From Schizochytrium sp. TIO01 (taxonomy: Eukaryota; Protista; Bigyra: Labyrinthulomycetes): a stretch of 64,000 nucleotides of DNA. Below are positions 11,601 to 23,719 of this stretch, piece after piece (position 1 is the first letter of the stretch; the number at the start of each line of letters is the position of its first letter). The DNA lies in NCBI GenBank assembly GCA_004764695.1, contig SMSO01000034.1:4790461-4854460 (forward strand), written 5' to 3'. The translations under genes were made by a program, and so were the position numbers. The notes under the pieces were generated by a model, which saw nothing but the letters and a program-made list of their open reading frames with translations, searched no databases and was not told the origin of the DNA.

Positions 11601-14600
11601 ATCGAACTATTCATGTTGTTATGACTGAATTTATTCCTCAGCTCAAGGTCCTTCGGCCATCTGAGCAGCAGACGTTGATAAAATCTCTTGAGAGCAATGC
11701 TCACATGCGGGATCGAGCTTTTGCAAAAACTCGCCGTGAGGCTTGCAAACAGAAAAACTTTTCTCCAGGACGTCGCCAGGTATACAGTGAACTTCTTCGA
11801 AAAGCTTGCCAGCGGAAAGGCTACACAAGCATTGCACAATTATTTGCTAATCAGGTGCGTAGTATCATGAATGAGCAAGGTCCTTACCGTCTTGAAGCTC
11901 TAGCAGATCTGAACGGAATATGGGATACGATTGTGCCCCTATTTTTGCTTGTACCAGTGGTTGATAGCCGTTTCCCGCATTACATTGTCGATACAGCAAA
12001 TCAAAGCGGCTTTTTGCAGGCTTGGGAATTACCTCGCTGTGCTGAACAGGTTCGCGCTGCATTTGAAAAGCTGACGCAGGACACGGTTGGTGCAATCAAT
12101 ATGGATGCCCGCTCTATGACAGCTGCCAAGTCCCACCTCGAAGGTATGATCTCATATGTGCAAACCATATGCTGTTTCCGACTTGAAGCTCGTAATAATG
12201 AGTTGCAGCAAAGCTCTGACAACTACATGGAAGAAAGGAAGAAATGGTATATCTCTGCCGCAAAGTGTAAATTGATGATCGAGAGTGTAACTCAGGGAAC
12301 GCGCGCTCTTGAGTCTATTCAACTTGGGTTTGCCAACATGGAATCTGCCCAAAAGAGCCCTCTTCGTATAGACTTTGACACTGATCTTAAACCAATGCTT
12401 GACTCAGTCCTTCATCAAGATGCCTCGGAGACAGCTCGTGCTGATTATCTTCGTGCCATTCAGACAGAGAACAAAATGATTCCGCGAGCCCATGTCACAT
12501 TTGAAATCGACGTGTTCGAGCTCCTCGAGATTGTGCAGGCAGGATATGCAAGCCTTGGTTTGGATGAACCCTTTTCGCCATCCAATATGCTAGCTCCTAC
12601 ATTGGAGCGTCTTAACAGCCTGGTAACAGCGATTGGCGCCTTCTGGCCGGCGATTCCAGGTATTCTGAAGACTATTGAGACTCTGAGCAAGGCATCATCT
12701 GTACCAAGAGATCGGCTCTGCGATTTGCGAGGAACCTATCAGCTTATTCAGTCCCTTTTCGATCTGACTGAAAGCTTTGAACCACTTGGTATGGCCTTAC
12801 CCAGTTTGCGCAGTGCGATTTATCGCCTAGTGTGTGAGGGAATTCCAGCTGCGTCAAAAACATATATTTATAGGCATCCAGGCGAGAGTTATGACGCTAA
12901 CCTTCATAAAAGTATCGCGTCCGGATGGGAGAAGGTCAACCGTGTCAACGAGGCTTTTTGCACACTAGGGGCTAATTTGGAACACCTGTTGACGACAAAG
13001 CTTGGCCCTCGTTCATTGGCGGCCTTTCATTGGCTAAATAAACTCCTTCCGCCCGTCTGTAGTCCAGAGGATGCTTTGAACAGGAAAGATATCCAGCTTC
13101 AAGCACGCATTGCCAGAGATCTGTTGCGTGTGGATAAGAGTGCTGTGCACCTACCATTTGTGCAAAAGGTGCTCTGCAACATACGCCAAGACCACTTGTG
13201 GCCATTTGTAAATCCATTATTGCCTCACGAAAATTTTGCAGGTCAGTTTCAAATGGAAGCAGCAAGCACGATAGAAAGCTTATTATCTATGACAGATCCG
13301 AAAGAACGCGAAGAGTTCTTGCAAAGCATTGTAGGTTTCCGTCTTGGTCAGCTTGGAAATCGCTTACGTCTGCAAAAACTCCCTGTCCCTGTATTACATC
13401 GTCTTGCAGAACAATGCTGGGAGGACTTTTCAAATGAAAAGCTTACCTTTAAGGAACGTCAAGATGCTCTTGTGCAGTGGCTCAGGAACCCGTCATTGGG
13501 TTCGCGGGAGGTGGTAAATAGCCTTGTCGAACTATATGAAGTTGCTGCCAAGGAAACCGAGGAAAGTAATGCTCTGTCTCCTCAGACGCAGGGAAGTATT
13601 TCCAGTATTATTGCTGGCATGTTTTCCATCCAAGATCCACTCTCATGCCTTGGCTTTCTTCTATCCCCGAGTGTCATGCAAAAGGACTATGGCAACGCAA
13701 CTGCAACTGCACTTGCTGGAGCACGGCAGAAAATAAGCGAGTCCAAGTTTGTGGAACTTATTCGGATTGTGTTGGGGCCGGATCACCGGAAGGTCTTGAA
13801 AGTAGGGCTTCATAAATCTTTGGTGCGTCTCCTGACAAGCTTGCAGACGCCAGCAGCTCTAGATCTGCTCAAGTCAGAGTGGAACCAGAAGGAACCTGCA
13901 CTGCATTTAGACGTGAAACGTGTCATTGTGCAATTTGCACTGTCTTGTTTAGACTCTGGTCGCGATGGGCGTGCAAAAGCTGAGGACTCGTGGCTAGCTG
14001 TCGAGGCTGACTTTGCCATGTCCATCCTGCAAGACCTTGCAACTGCGACCCGGCATGAGATGGACTTGCGAGGCTATTTGCTTGGTGCGCAGCCTGAGAA
14101 TACGCCTTACATAGATGGCCCTGACCGCAACAAGTTTTGGCGCTCCCATGCTGGTACATTCCATACGGTACTTTCTCAATTCAAGTTAGAAGTAAACCGA
14201 TCGGATCTCCACATTGATGCTGCCTATGATGCGGCCATGTCCACTGCAACAACCATTCACCGAAAACATGCCTCGGAGTTTTACAAGCGTGTCATTGTAC
14301 GACTCGCTTGTGTTGCTCGCCCTGCCGAGGAATCATTTGTGATTCCCGTTGCGCGAGTACTCGCCACTACTTCCTGGGCAGAATATGTTCAGGATGCTGA
14401 CTTTATCATACGCCTATTAAGCGAGGTGCAGATTCAGACTGCACCTTCCTTGAAGGACTTGACTAGCCTGGCCGTCCTCGCAGAATCTAGTCATGAGCTC
14501 TTTCAGGTGCGAGGTCTAAGCGCGGCCCTTGTGTGGCACCGACTGGTGCGACAATACTGCAAGGATTCAAAGGAATACGCAATCACAGCTACAGCAAAGC

Positions 14601-14887
14601 AAATTGAGGATGATGTAAATGTTTTACTCACTGAGTCGCGCATTAATTTGAACAAGATTCTTTTGGCGACTGCCAGACTTGAGACAATTGCCTGGGTTGC
14701 ACTCTCGTTGGCAAATGAAAGTCAAAGAGAGGCCAGGATCGAAAATTATGCGTTTTTGCGAGGTTGTTATGGCTACGTTGGAGATCATGAAGTTGCGATG
14801 AGGAAGCTTCAGAGGGCTGGTCTTTTATCAGAGGGCATGAAGCTGAATCAAGTCTGCTCCACCTTTTTCTCTTCGAATTCTCGCTGA
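8674..14887 (+). CDS. Large (~2070 aa) hypothetical, probably alpha-helical protein; one frameshift near 8987
   Basis: 1991-codon open frame 8912-14887. The upstream ORF from ATG 8674 joins it in frame if one C of TTCCC (~8985-8989) is removed (…NDSNDDSMEE…). No recognisable domain. Confidence 0.75.
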
Positions 14888-15505
14888 TCTTGATCTCCTG
14901 GGTTATTTTTTTTTGGTTAGATGTTTTTCTCCTATGGAAAATAGATATCCTGAAATACAATAACGCCTGATGTTGACTCTACTGGATTTCTCAAACCAAG
15001 AACGCAAATGGGGTACATTCAGTACATGCTGATGCCGTCTGGTTGAGAGCACCTAATTGAAAACTTTTCTCCTGAGAAAGCATTAAAGGAGAGTATGGAA
15101 TGGATTTATTATTAAGATTTTCACTTGAGATTATAAATGAAGTCTTTGTTAATTTTTTATGATATTTAGCATTCAAACTTTGACTGTTACTTTCGAAAGT
15201 CAAGCGTGCACTCGAAGAATTGATACAGCGATAGCTAGCTGGAAAAAACAGGAGAGGATTTCTGTTTTGCTTTTCTTTCTTTAACTTTTGTATTTAAGTT
15301 TCAAGGCTGTGCAAACTATAAATTTGAAATGGTCAATGAGATAATCTGATATGCAGAGTTTGACCCGCTTTGAACATGAAAAAAAATCTATTTTCAAAAA
15401 ATTGATTCGAAACTTGTTTAAAGTATAGGAGAATAGTGGTTGAAGAAGCAAACTACTCTCTCTAACCTTTTATTTGACAGAAGTTCAAAGCGTACCTCAA
15501 ATCAT

Positions 15506-16570
15506 TCATTGAGAAGACCCAGTGAGAGGGAAAGCTGAACCCTTTACAAACTGCCAGAGTCCGTAACCTTGAGAACCCCACGAAATGCAGAGCCACGCGT
15601 GTAAGATCGTGTTGGTCACACCTAATGAAGGCTCAAGATAGTTCAGAATGTCATAAGTCGGTAAAAGGACACTATTTGCAATGGCCCCAAAGACCAGGAT
15701 AACTGTTGTGGAGACGGTGATGCTGACATTTTGCCACGAAGTGCGTGAGATAATGACTGACATGAGATAGAACGTTGGTGGTGCCTGAGTAACCCCTGTA
15801 AGGAAGATGTCACATGCGGGTTGAGCCATTGAAAAACGACCTGATATAACCACGCCCATAAAGAAAAGTGACCACAAAGCCCAGCAGAAGCCGGGAACTA
15901 CAGGCACGCGAAACCTCGGATGCGTCTGCTTGTCATCAAGTGGAAGACGTGCAATTGCCGAAGCTGCCTCCCCCATAATTCCTCCTGCGACGGCAACCGC
16001 ACCAACGCAGACATTCCACATAAGCCTAAATTGGAGTTTATGGAGGGAATGTGCCAGAAAGTGGTGACATATTGCACCCGCAAACGTAGAAATAGAATAT
16101 GAAAAAAGGAGAGCAGAAGATGTAGCCATGAGTCGAGCGTTTTGTGGCGTGCGCTTCTCGGAGAGAATAGCTAAGGCAAAAAATGTCATAATGATAGAAA
16201 GGAGGTAGTCCGTAACGTACGTAGGCCAAGTGTCATCAAATTTGACAGGGTGCTGATAATTAAAGTTCACCATAGTATAGAGTTCAGGACCAACGAGGAT
16301 CGCTGTGAGTGGAGGAAGATATTGAGCCAAAGCGTAGGTTCCAAGAATAAGAGCACTAAAGATGATCAGCCATGCGAGCGCGTTGGCCAAATCGGGGTCG
16401 CCAAAAGCCTCTAGTGTACGGAAAGCTTGCTTACCAAAGATGCTTTTGACGGGTAAAAGGTGGTCCTGTCTTGCCTTTTCAACATTTGCTCCATTCTTGT
16501 CTTCCCTGTCTGGTTTATGAGTAGGGATGGTGGCGTTTGCTTTAAATGTTGGCTGTGAAGAGTCAGACAT
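15506..16570 (-). CDS. Multi-pass membrane protein of unknown function
   Basis: ~355-aa ORF with 7-8 hydrophobic segments; first ATG 16570. Confidence 0.75.
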   Translation of the reverse strand: MSDSSQPTFKANATIPTHKPDREDKNGANVEKARQDHLLPVKSIFGKQAFRTLEAFGDPDLANALAWLIIFSALILGTYALAQYLPPLTAILVGPELYTMVNFNYQHPVKFDDTWPTYVTDYLLSIIMTFFALAILSEKRTPQNARLMATSSALLFSYSISTFAGAICHHFLAHSLHKLQFRLMWNVCVGAVAVAGGIMGEAASAIARLPLDDKQTHPRFRVPVVPGFCWALWSLFFMGVVISGRFSMAQPACDIFLTGVTQAPPTFYLMSVIISRTSWQNVSITVSTTVILVFGAIANSVLLPTYDILNYLEPSLGVTNTILHAWLCISWGSQGYGLWQFVKGSAFPLTGSSQ

Positions 16571-17300
16571 TGTACTTGTAGGTCTATGTACAGCCACTAT
16601 GCGCTAATCCTTTTACGAGCAAGCCAAGTTCTCTTCTGTAGCTGGCGTCGGTGCTATGACGCATAACTAACAGGGTATCTTTTCTCCCCTCTAGAGAACT
16701 AATCCATACTTTACAATAATTTTAACTATTAAAAAATGAATAAAAATACGAATAAATAGTCAAGCTCCGAGGCTATATATCTATAATAGACCTTGGCCTT
16801 TCAAAAATACAGTCGTTAGTGGTGAGGACGCCCCAATAGATTAGTAAGGTTCGAGATTTGCCAAAGGGGTGCGCTCTGATATTGCCAATCAATTCTCATA
16901 AGATCGCTAGGCTAGTAACTTCTATAGCTCATCATCCTACAGTTCTTTTTGTATTCAAGTGCCTATGTAGTAATAGCCTCTAACAACCAATCGAGCTATG
17001 GAAGTGAAATCTGATACAGATCAAAGCAGTTGCGCAAGCAAGGGTTAGTCATTCACGTACACTTCGACCTACTGGGTAACATCATGTATCATAGATGATA
17101 ATTTATAGCCTTATGTCAAGCAAGATAGGATGATCAAATTTGCAATAAATGAGCCCGTCAGTCCGCTACGATTTTAGACCCTGCTCCGTACAGCGCAGCA
17201 AAACAACAATTAGAATACAGTGAACCGCCATTTGTACAAGAGTTACAGATACTCCAAGGAACAGTCTGGATCTATTGAGGTTATCGAAGCAGTCTTAAGA

Positions 17301-17822
17301 ATGCAAGAAAACAAGGACAATCGGGGAGAGGTGCTCTTGGTGTGTCAACAAAAAACAGTGTATCATGGTGCAATTTGTTTTGCCTTGGGATTGTTGTCCG
17401 GTATCCCATACACTGGTGTCATTTTACGTGAGTATACCAAAGACTGGTCTGCTGGTGAGCAAAACGCGCTCATTGGAACAGCGATATACAATTTGGCACT
17501 GAAGACTGGCGGCACAGAAAGGGCATGGAAGATGGCTCATATGGAGGGTCTTTTGAATGGAATGAGCATGTTCCTTGTAGCTGCCATCATGCCAGTACTC
17601 ACAAAGCTTTCTGGAGACGAACTTCGTTCATTGACGGCAGCTATGCTTGTAACAGGGTATGGAAACTCTGTGGCTTCAATTTTCTGTGCTGCTGCATCGG
17701 TCCGTGGCATGGTTCAGGCAGGCTCCTTGATGAATCGTGCGGGGAATCTGGGCTTCACAGTAGCTGTTGTCACCATTACGCGTGCAGTTTATCTGTTGAT
17801 GAAAGGAACTGGCCGGGGATGA
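17301..17822 (+). CDS. 4-TM protein resembling the styrene-oxide isomerase (StyC)-like family
   Basis: Four hydrophobic helices and W..AHMEGLLNG, which resembles the His-containing motif of StyC-like proteins. Confidence 0.55.
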   Translation: MQENKDNRGEVLLVCQQKTVYHGAICFALGLLSGIPYTGVILREYTKDWSAGEQNALIGTAIYNLALKTGGTERAWKMAHMEGLLNGMSMFLVAAIMPVLTKLSGDELRSLTAAMLVTGYGNSVASIFCAAASVRGMVQAGSLMNRAGNLGFTVAVVTITRAVYLLMKGTGRG

Positions 17823-17931
17823 TTTTTGCGATGCATAACAATAGCATATTGCCAGATCATTTTTAATAAATGTAAATAATTGCAAATTTTAAAGTCAAGT
17901 ATAAGAGTACAAAATTAAACTTTTGCTTTGT

Positions 17932-19188
17932 TTAGCGAAAGTAGCTCCGAAATAATGTTGAAGATTGAAGCAGACCTAAGCCTCCAGCTCGTAAAAGGGT
18001 TTCGTTTAATGAGTCTTCAGAGGGAAATCTGAACTCACCTGGAGAGGCATTATTGTCTTTGCAAACAGTAGAAGAGCTTGGGAAAGACCGTGGCGGGTTT
18101 GGTGCAGCCCTTGCTGCCATAAGAGGCGGAGGTGGCGAAGGAGGAGGTGATGGCGGTGGTGAGATTACTTCCGGTTGAAAAGAGCTCGAAAGCTTGCTCT
18201 GACGAGGTGCATTACAGACATTTAAATGATGGCCTCCGTTTTGTGATACACACTCCTTTCCTTGGTATAAACTCTGTGTTGAGCCTGGGGGTGAGAGCAA
18301 ACAAGAACGTTTCACAGAAGGCCTTTCAGGTTTGCGATCCTGGAGCTTTGCTGATATTTTGCTTGCAGCCGGAGGGTTCTGAGGTTTATGCGACTGTAAA
18401 TTTACGCCTTGCTTTGGTGATTTTGATATTTCATCGATGGAGGATGACAGCGGAGCGTGAGAAGAACACGGCGAAGGTGAATTTTGAGAAGTGGGGGAGC
18501 AAGACGCAAGGGAAGGGCGAGAGGCTACTTTAGCAACGATTCGCCTGCTATTCGCATTAACACTTGGTGAAAATGTGCATTCGGTTGTTTCGGATGTTTG
18601 TTTGATCATCCTTCGGGATTCAATCTTGGCCTTGCGTTGGTGATTCCAATTTTCACGATCTGCTGCAGACCTTTGCTGTACAAGCCGTTGAGATCGTGCA
18701 TTTACTTGAGGATGTGGGCGAACTTCACGCATTTCTTCCTCAAATAGTGCATTTCGGAGATCATCGTCGTGGCGTCTCGCGCGGTTGGTGTATTGCCGAG
18801 CTCTACTTCCATGAGCTACTGGCACATTACCGTTCTGTAAAGCGCCTGGCATCCTGCTCTCAACCGCATTCCCAGAGTTGCTCACCTTGCGTGAGCTGTT
18901 CCTCCCTTTTGGCTCCTTTTTAAATTGAGCGACTCGTTCTTGTCCTTCCTCACAAATAAAGGTGGTTGCGATTGCAAGTTCCTGGCGCCTTTCTTCTTCC
19001 CGGCGATAATCTAGCTTGAGCGCCTGCAGTAAGTGAAACGTGTTGGAGACAGAAGCCATGACCTCCTCGCTGGTGCTGGTGCTGGTGCTGTTGCTAGTGC
19101 TGGTGCTGTTGCTCCTGGTGCCCAATCCCTCGCGAACCCTAGAAATCGTGGCTATTCCTCCCGACTTTGCAGACATTGAGTCTGTCAT
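17932..19188 (-). CDS. Low-complexity hypothetical protein
   Basis: 418-aa ORF, Ser/Pro-rich, with coiled-coil patches and an ECTFSPSVN motif. Confidence 0.7.
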   Translation of the reverse strand: MTDSMSAKSGGIATISRVREGLGTRSNSTSTSNSTSTSTSEEVMASVSNTFHLLQALKLDYRREEERRQELAIATTFICEEGQERVAQFKKEPKGRNSSRKVSNSGNAVESRMPGALQNGNVPVAHGSRARQYTNRARRHDDDLRNALFEEEMREVRPHPQVNARSQRLVQQRSAADRENWNHQRKAKIESRRMIKQTSETTECTFSPSVNANSRRIVAKVASRPSLASCSPTSQNSPSPCSSHAPLSSSIDEISKSPKQGVNLQSHKPQNPPAASKISAKLQDRKPERPSVKRSCLLSPPGSTQSLYQGKECVSQNGGHHLNVCNAPRQSKLSSSFQPEVISPPPSPPPSPPPPLMAARAAPNPPRSFPSSSTVCKDNNASPGEFRFPSEDSLNETLLRAGGLGLLQSSTLFRSYFR

Positions 19189-20208
19189 GTTCCTCTATAG
19201 CGTTCAAGCATGAACTTAGCAAGTATTGGATTGCTCGGCGCACGTGGCAAGATAGTTCTTCAAGTCAAGCTAAGAGTATTTGATCACTTCTCAACTCATG
19301 TTTCGTTTCAAGATAAGCTCTTATGTGTTAAGCATATAGAGGGCTAGACAACTCGTTTTCTATTTACTTTGATTTTAAAAGTAATTTGCCAACAACAACA
19401 ATCATCGAGTCAGACATTACAAAGGTTCCCAGAAGTATACTAACTAGGTAAGTACTATGTACTATTACCGCCCGTTACAACGGAGACGAAATGGACCACT
19501 AGTGCCTCCTAAGGTAATAATATTATTACTACTACCTACTACTGTAAAACGAGGGCTTGGTACCTAATATGGGCAATTGTCTTGACTCGAGCTTCTACCC
19601 CAGAAAAGGAGCCAACAAACAAAGGATTGATAGGAGTAGCCTTTAAATGGTAAGGGAGTGAAAACAAGGTTCTGAGATGATGTAACTTTGCGAGGTGTTT
19701 GGCTGAATGGCTGATGAGGAGGAAATAGAGTTGGTGAATCATGCCAATGCGGGGCAGATATAAGAATTGCATGCATGTAAAATTCTGGTAGAGGACTGAC
19801 AACCTAAAATGTATAGATGAATACATTGTAAAGGGGGTGTATGATAGGAAGTAGCACTTTAGCACATTGTGGTTCGGGGAAAAGTAGTACATATACTATA
19901 CAAGGACATACGCATACTAATCATACATCTTGCCGAGGTATTGTACTCTGTGAGTAACAAATCCAGGCTGCGAAGGTATTGGAGTAACAAATCCAGGTAG
20001 ATTACCATTGCTAATGGCAATATCTACACTTCCGTAGTAACTCATTCATATCTATGCACTGCGATATGAGCATTCTGGGGTATCTTTCTCATTTGCAAAC
20101 TTTTAAAATGGAGAAGGTACTGGGAAAGACAGATGAACCCATATTGTGCACAACGAATTATGTTTGCTGATGGTATTTTGTGAAGGTACCGGCAAAGAAA
20201 ACCGGCGT

Positions 20209-21765
20209 TTAGTACACGCCAGCGACAATTGCAGAGAAGGAGACACAGGTTGAGATGACACCAAAGATAGAGATGGGTATTGCCAACGACCTAAACTTTG
20301 AGTCCGAAGAAGGCTTGATGAGCGCAGCAAAGCAAAGGCCTGGGATAGTGACGGCCAGAGACACTGCAAAGGTAGACCCCACAAAACTCATCACAAGTCC
20401 AAGGCTGTTAAGAACCATCGCTGCAAAGAGGGAAAGCAGTGCCACAACAAATCCTACACCAAAATCAAATAGGTTGAGGCCATTACCTGTAGCAGCCTCC
20501 GCAGCAACAGGGTTTGCAAAAGAAGTCTGCGTAGCACCGGTGAGAGCAAGGTACGGGGAGTAGCTCATGGGTACTGACATGGTTCCCGCTTCGATTTGGC
20601 CAGAGAGCACGTTATGGCCTCGTGCAGAGTCTGGCGAATCTCCTCCGTCAAATTCGTCCTCACGCCAGTTGCGTAACACGCCCACAAGCTCAACGATGAT
20701 AGGAAAGCGGATCACAGGGTATGAGCAGACACACTTTGCAATAATACATATTTGTGCCACAACGTTCATTACAGTTCCCCGTTCAAGTGACCCTGTAGGC
20801 AAATCAGTAATGGTGTTGCCGAATGCGAGGCACATGAGGATTCCAAGGACCAAGAGTAGCACGGCCATGAAGCCAAATGTCCAGTTAACAACTCTCTTAT
20901 AGTCGCGTTTGTGGCGGAGGGTCTCGTAGATTGACGGGTACACAGCATGTCCCGCAAAGAGCAATAGAATGCCTCCGTAGCTGGCGCTAAACTCGATAGC
21001 TCTAGATGGAAAAAAGGGCCAGTCTGTGTAGACGATGCCTGTGGTGACCATGGTCCGCACGCTCTCAAAGGCGAGAACGCCATAGAGCAGGAAAAAGATT
21101 GCGATTCCTGCGAGACTAATGTAGCTAAGGTGAATAGGGTTGATAAAAACAATCGTGGGTCCAATGATAGCCCACATGAGCCCCACGCTTAGCGAGTGGG
21201 AGATGCCCGGAATGGCCAGCAGGGCTTCCTTGACTGCTACTACGTTCATGAGAAGGTATGAGAAGAGTTCAAGAATCTGAAAGATACGCAGACCAACTGC
21301 CGCAATGGTGGTGGCACTTCGTGCTGAGAAGCCACGACGCGCAGCTTGGTTTCCAATTTCGGCATAACTGTGAATTCCAGGAAAGCGCTCGAGGACTTCG
21401 CCAAGCATGATGGCAGTGATCCAGCAGACAATGAAAGCCACCGTAGTGATGACCAGGCCAGAGTAACCATCGCGGCTGAGATTATATCCATAGCAGAGAA
21501 TGCCAAAGCCGCAGTTGTAGTTGAGCGAGGTGAAGAGCGCCATCTTGAAGCTGAGGCCTTCCTTGTTATCAGCCGCGTCGAGGAGCTGCTCAATATCAAC
21601 CTCGTCCTCCGAATCTACATCACCCTCGCTGGCAGCCTCTCCGTTCAGCAACGGTGCACGCATCTGCTGCAGACGGGCGTGGCGCGCGTCGGAGCCATCG
21701 CGCACATCGGCGCTGTTGGCACGCTCACGTGCGGGATCCGACAGAGTGCGGTCGATGCGCGGCAT
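20209..21765 (-). CDS. Amino-acid transporter, AAAP/AVT1-like (Aa_trans)
   Basis: ~11 TM segments, LNYNCGFGIL, SYAEIG, FAGHAVYPSIY and an acidic N-terminus. Confidence 0.9.
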   Translation of the reverse strand: MPRIDRTLSDPARERANSADVRDGSDARHARLQQMRAPLLNGEAASEGDVDSEDEVDIEQLLDAADNKEGLSFKMALFTSLNYNCGFGILCYGYNLSRDGYSGLVITTVAFIVCWITAIMLGEVLERFPGIHSYAEIGNQAARRGFSARSATTIAAVGLRIFQILELFSYLLMNVVAVKEALLAIPGISHSLSVGLMWAIIGPTIVFINPIHLSYISLAGIAIFFLLYGVLAFESVRTMVTTGIVYTDWPFFPSRAIEFSASYGGILLLFAGHAVYPSIYETLRHKRDYKRVVNWTFGFMAVLLLVLGILMCLAFGNTITDLPTGSLERGTVMNVVAQICIIAKCVCSYPVIRFPIIVELVGVLRNWREDEFDGGDSPDSARGHNVLSGQIEAGTMSVPMSYSPYLALTGATQTSFANPVAAEAATGNGLNLFDFGVGFVVALLSLFAAMVLNSLGLVMSFVGSTFAVSLAVTIPGLCFAALIKPSSDSKFRSLAIPISIFGVISTCVSFSAIVAGVY

Positions 21766-23566
21766 GGCAACGAGCGTTTACGAGTTCGGACCCTGATCTG
21801 CGTCACGCTGCTCTTTTCTAAACAAGTGTTGAAAACGGTCCGTGCTGGCCGCTGGCTGTTCAAGACTTGGTCACTGCGTGCGAAGAACGGCGTGACTTTG
21901 AAGAAAAGCGAAGGAAGGATAACCTAACTAACTAACCACTTTCAACAAATCATATAAACAAGGGAACAGGAGAAAGAAGAAAAAGATATTCACGTCCTGC
22001 AAGTACCTACTGCGGAACACGGAGAAGACCACCTCAAGGAATTGGTGCAATCTGAAGGAGAAGAGGCCATACGCAGGGAACCCTGGCTCGTGCAGCTCGT
22101 GGGCATGCACTTAGTGATGATGTCTAGGTGAAGAGGTGATGTGGTTTTAGTTCTTCTTGCTTGTAAGACAAAGGACAAATCTGTTGCTTTTACCTATAGT
22201 TTCTTATTTAGCAAAAATGGGGCATACTATTTATTGTTAGTAGTAGCTAACTAGCAGATAGGCAGGTATTGTTTAGCCACCATCAGCCCGAAACAGCGCA
22301 ACTTGAAGACACAAGATTGTCTGGCCTCTCAGACTACGAGTATGATGCTCTGGAGCAAGGACACTCATTGCAGCAGGATCACAGTAAAAAGGTACAGGTT
22401 CATGGCAGCAAGCCATAGCAGCGCACCGGTGACAGCTTGCGACTTTCAAGTGCCAGTGCCGTTTTACTATGCAGTTTTTTGGCAGTTCCCTTCGATGAGC
22501 TGCAGATGAAGGAAAGTAGAAGCAAGAGCGGCCTGCTTTACTTACGACACAATGTGAAGGCAGGCTGGGCACTTACATTCTTTGTCTGGTATGAGGGCGT
22601 ATGGGCACGCCTGCTTAAGCAAGCCCTAGTTCTTGTCGGCTCATTATTCGTTCGTTTGCGTGTCGAGTGAAATGCTAAGCGTTCATCGCATAGAAGTACA
22701 TAGGGTGTGGCAAGCATGCTACCTAACTAGTCAAGGCTAATGTTGCTGGACACTCAAAGATTTGCATAGGTTTCAAGATGTCGCAGACAACGTGGAACCA
22801 GGCACAGGTGCATGTGTTTGGAGAAGGCAGGCAGGCAGGCAGGCAGGCAATCAAGATGGCAGACAGGTCGGCAGTCAGGCGAGCTGAAGACTCAGGAGCT
22901 AGCTGCAAAACAAAGTTCCCTGTTAGAATTTCAGTTTAATGGACAAGTGTGGCGTGCATAATATACTTAACAGCCTTGGTAGCACCAGTGGTTCTTTGTT
23001 GGCCAAAGTGAGAAATTGAAATATAATTAGCCGCTGCTATGGTGAACTTGAGTTTTTCACTAACGCATCTGCTTAACCCACTTGACATCAGGCTATATAT
23101 TGTTCTCGAGAGATTTGCTTCCCACCTTCGGGATATAGTAGCCAGTTACCTTCTCCCAATGGAGCTTTATAAATTACATAATTGAATGATGAGAGTAATT
23201 GATGCATCTTCCTACCTAGTACCTATCTACCATGCGACTATGCTATTCTTTTACGTGTGTTCTAAAAGCAGATCCTTACAATCGAATAGCTTGGACAAAA
23301 CCTTGCGCGAAAACAATCAATCATTGAGGAAATGAGTTGGTTTTGTTCAAGTAATTTCCCGTGACTAGCGAGAGTGTAATTGCCTATTACCTACGAGGTT
23401 GATAGATCCCTGATTTTCTTTTAGCCCTAGTACTTCAAGTTCAAGTTGGGGTTTCTACCCGAACATATCCAGATTTTTAGGATCACCAGTCTTTGTGGTA
23501 AGATACATCACTATATATGTTCAATATGAAATTGTGAAGCATCTCTCAAAAGAGTCTGCTCGTAAA

Positions 23567-23638
23567 GCAGGTGTAGCTCAGTGGTAGAGCGTCCGCCTGA
23601 CACGCGGAAGGTCACGAGTTCGATCCTCGTCATCTGTA
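23567..23638 (+). tRNA. tRNA-Val(GAC)
   Basis: GCAGGTG TA GCTC AGTGGTA GAGC G TCCGC CT-GAC-AC GCGGA AGGTC ACGAG TTCGATC CTCGT CATCTGT A; a T-run terminator follows ~10 nt downstream. Confidence 0.93.
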
Positions 23639-23719
23639 CAACAGATACTTTTTTTAATGTTTTATTTTTATTTTTATTTTTCCTATGGGCCAATTTAATA
23701 TATTGTTCATGGATGTTTG

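Noticed and set aside
3509-22670. Antisense and nested ORFs over the main genes, and small ORFs at 21.9-22.7 kb
   Set aside because: Shadows of GC-rich coding sequence, or motif-less short ORFs without supportable splice models.
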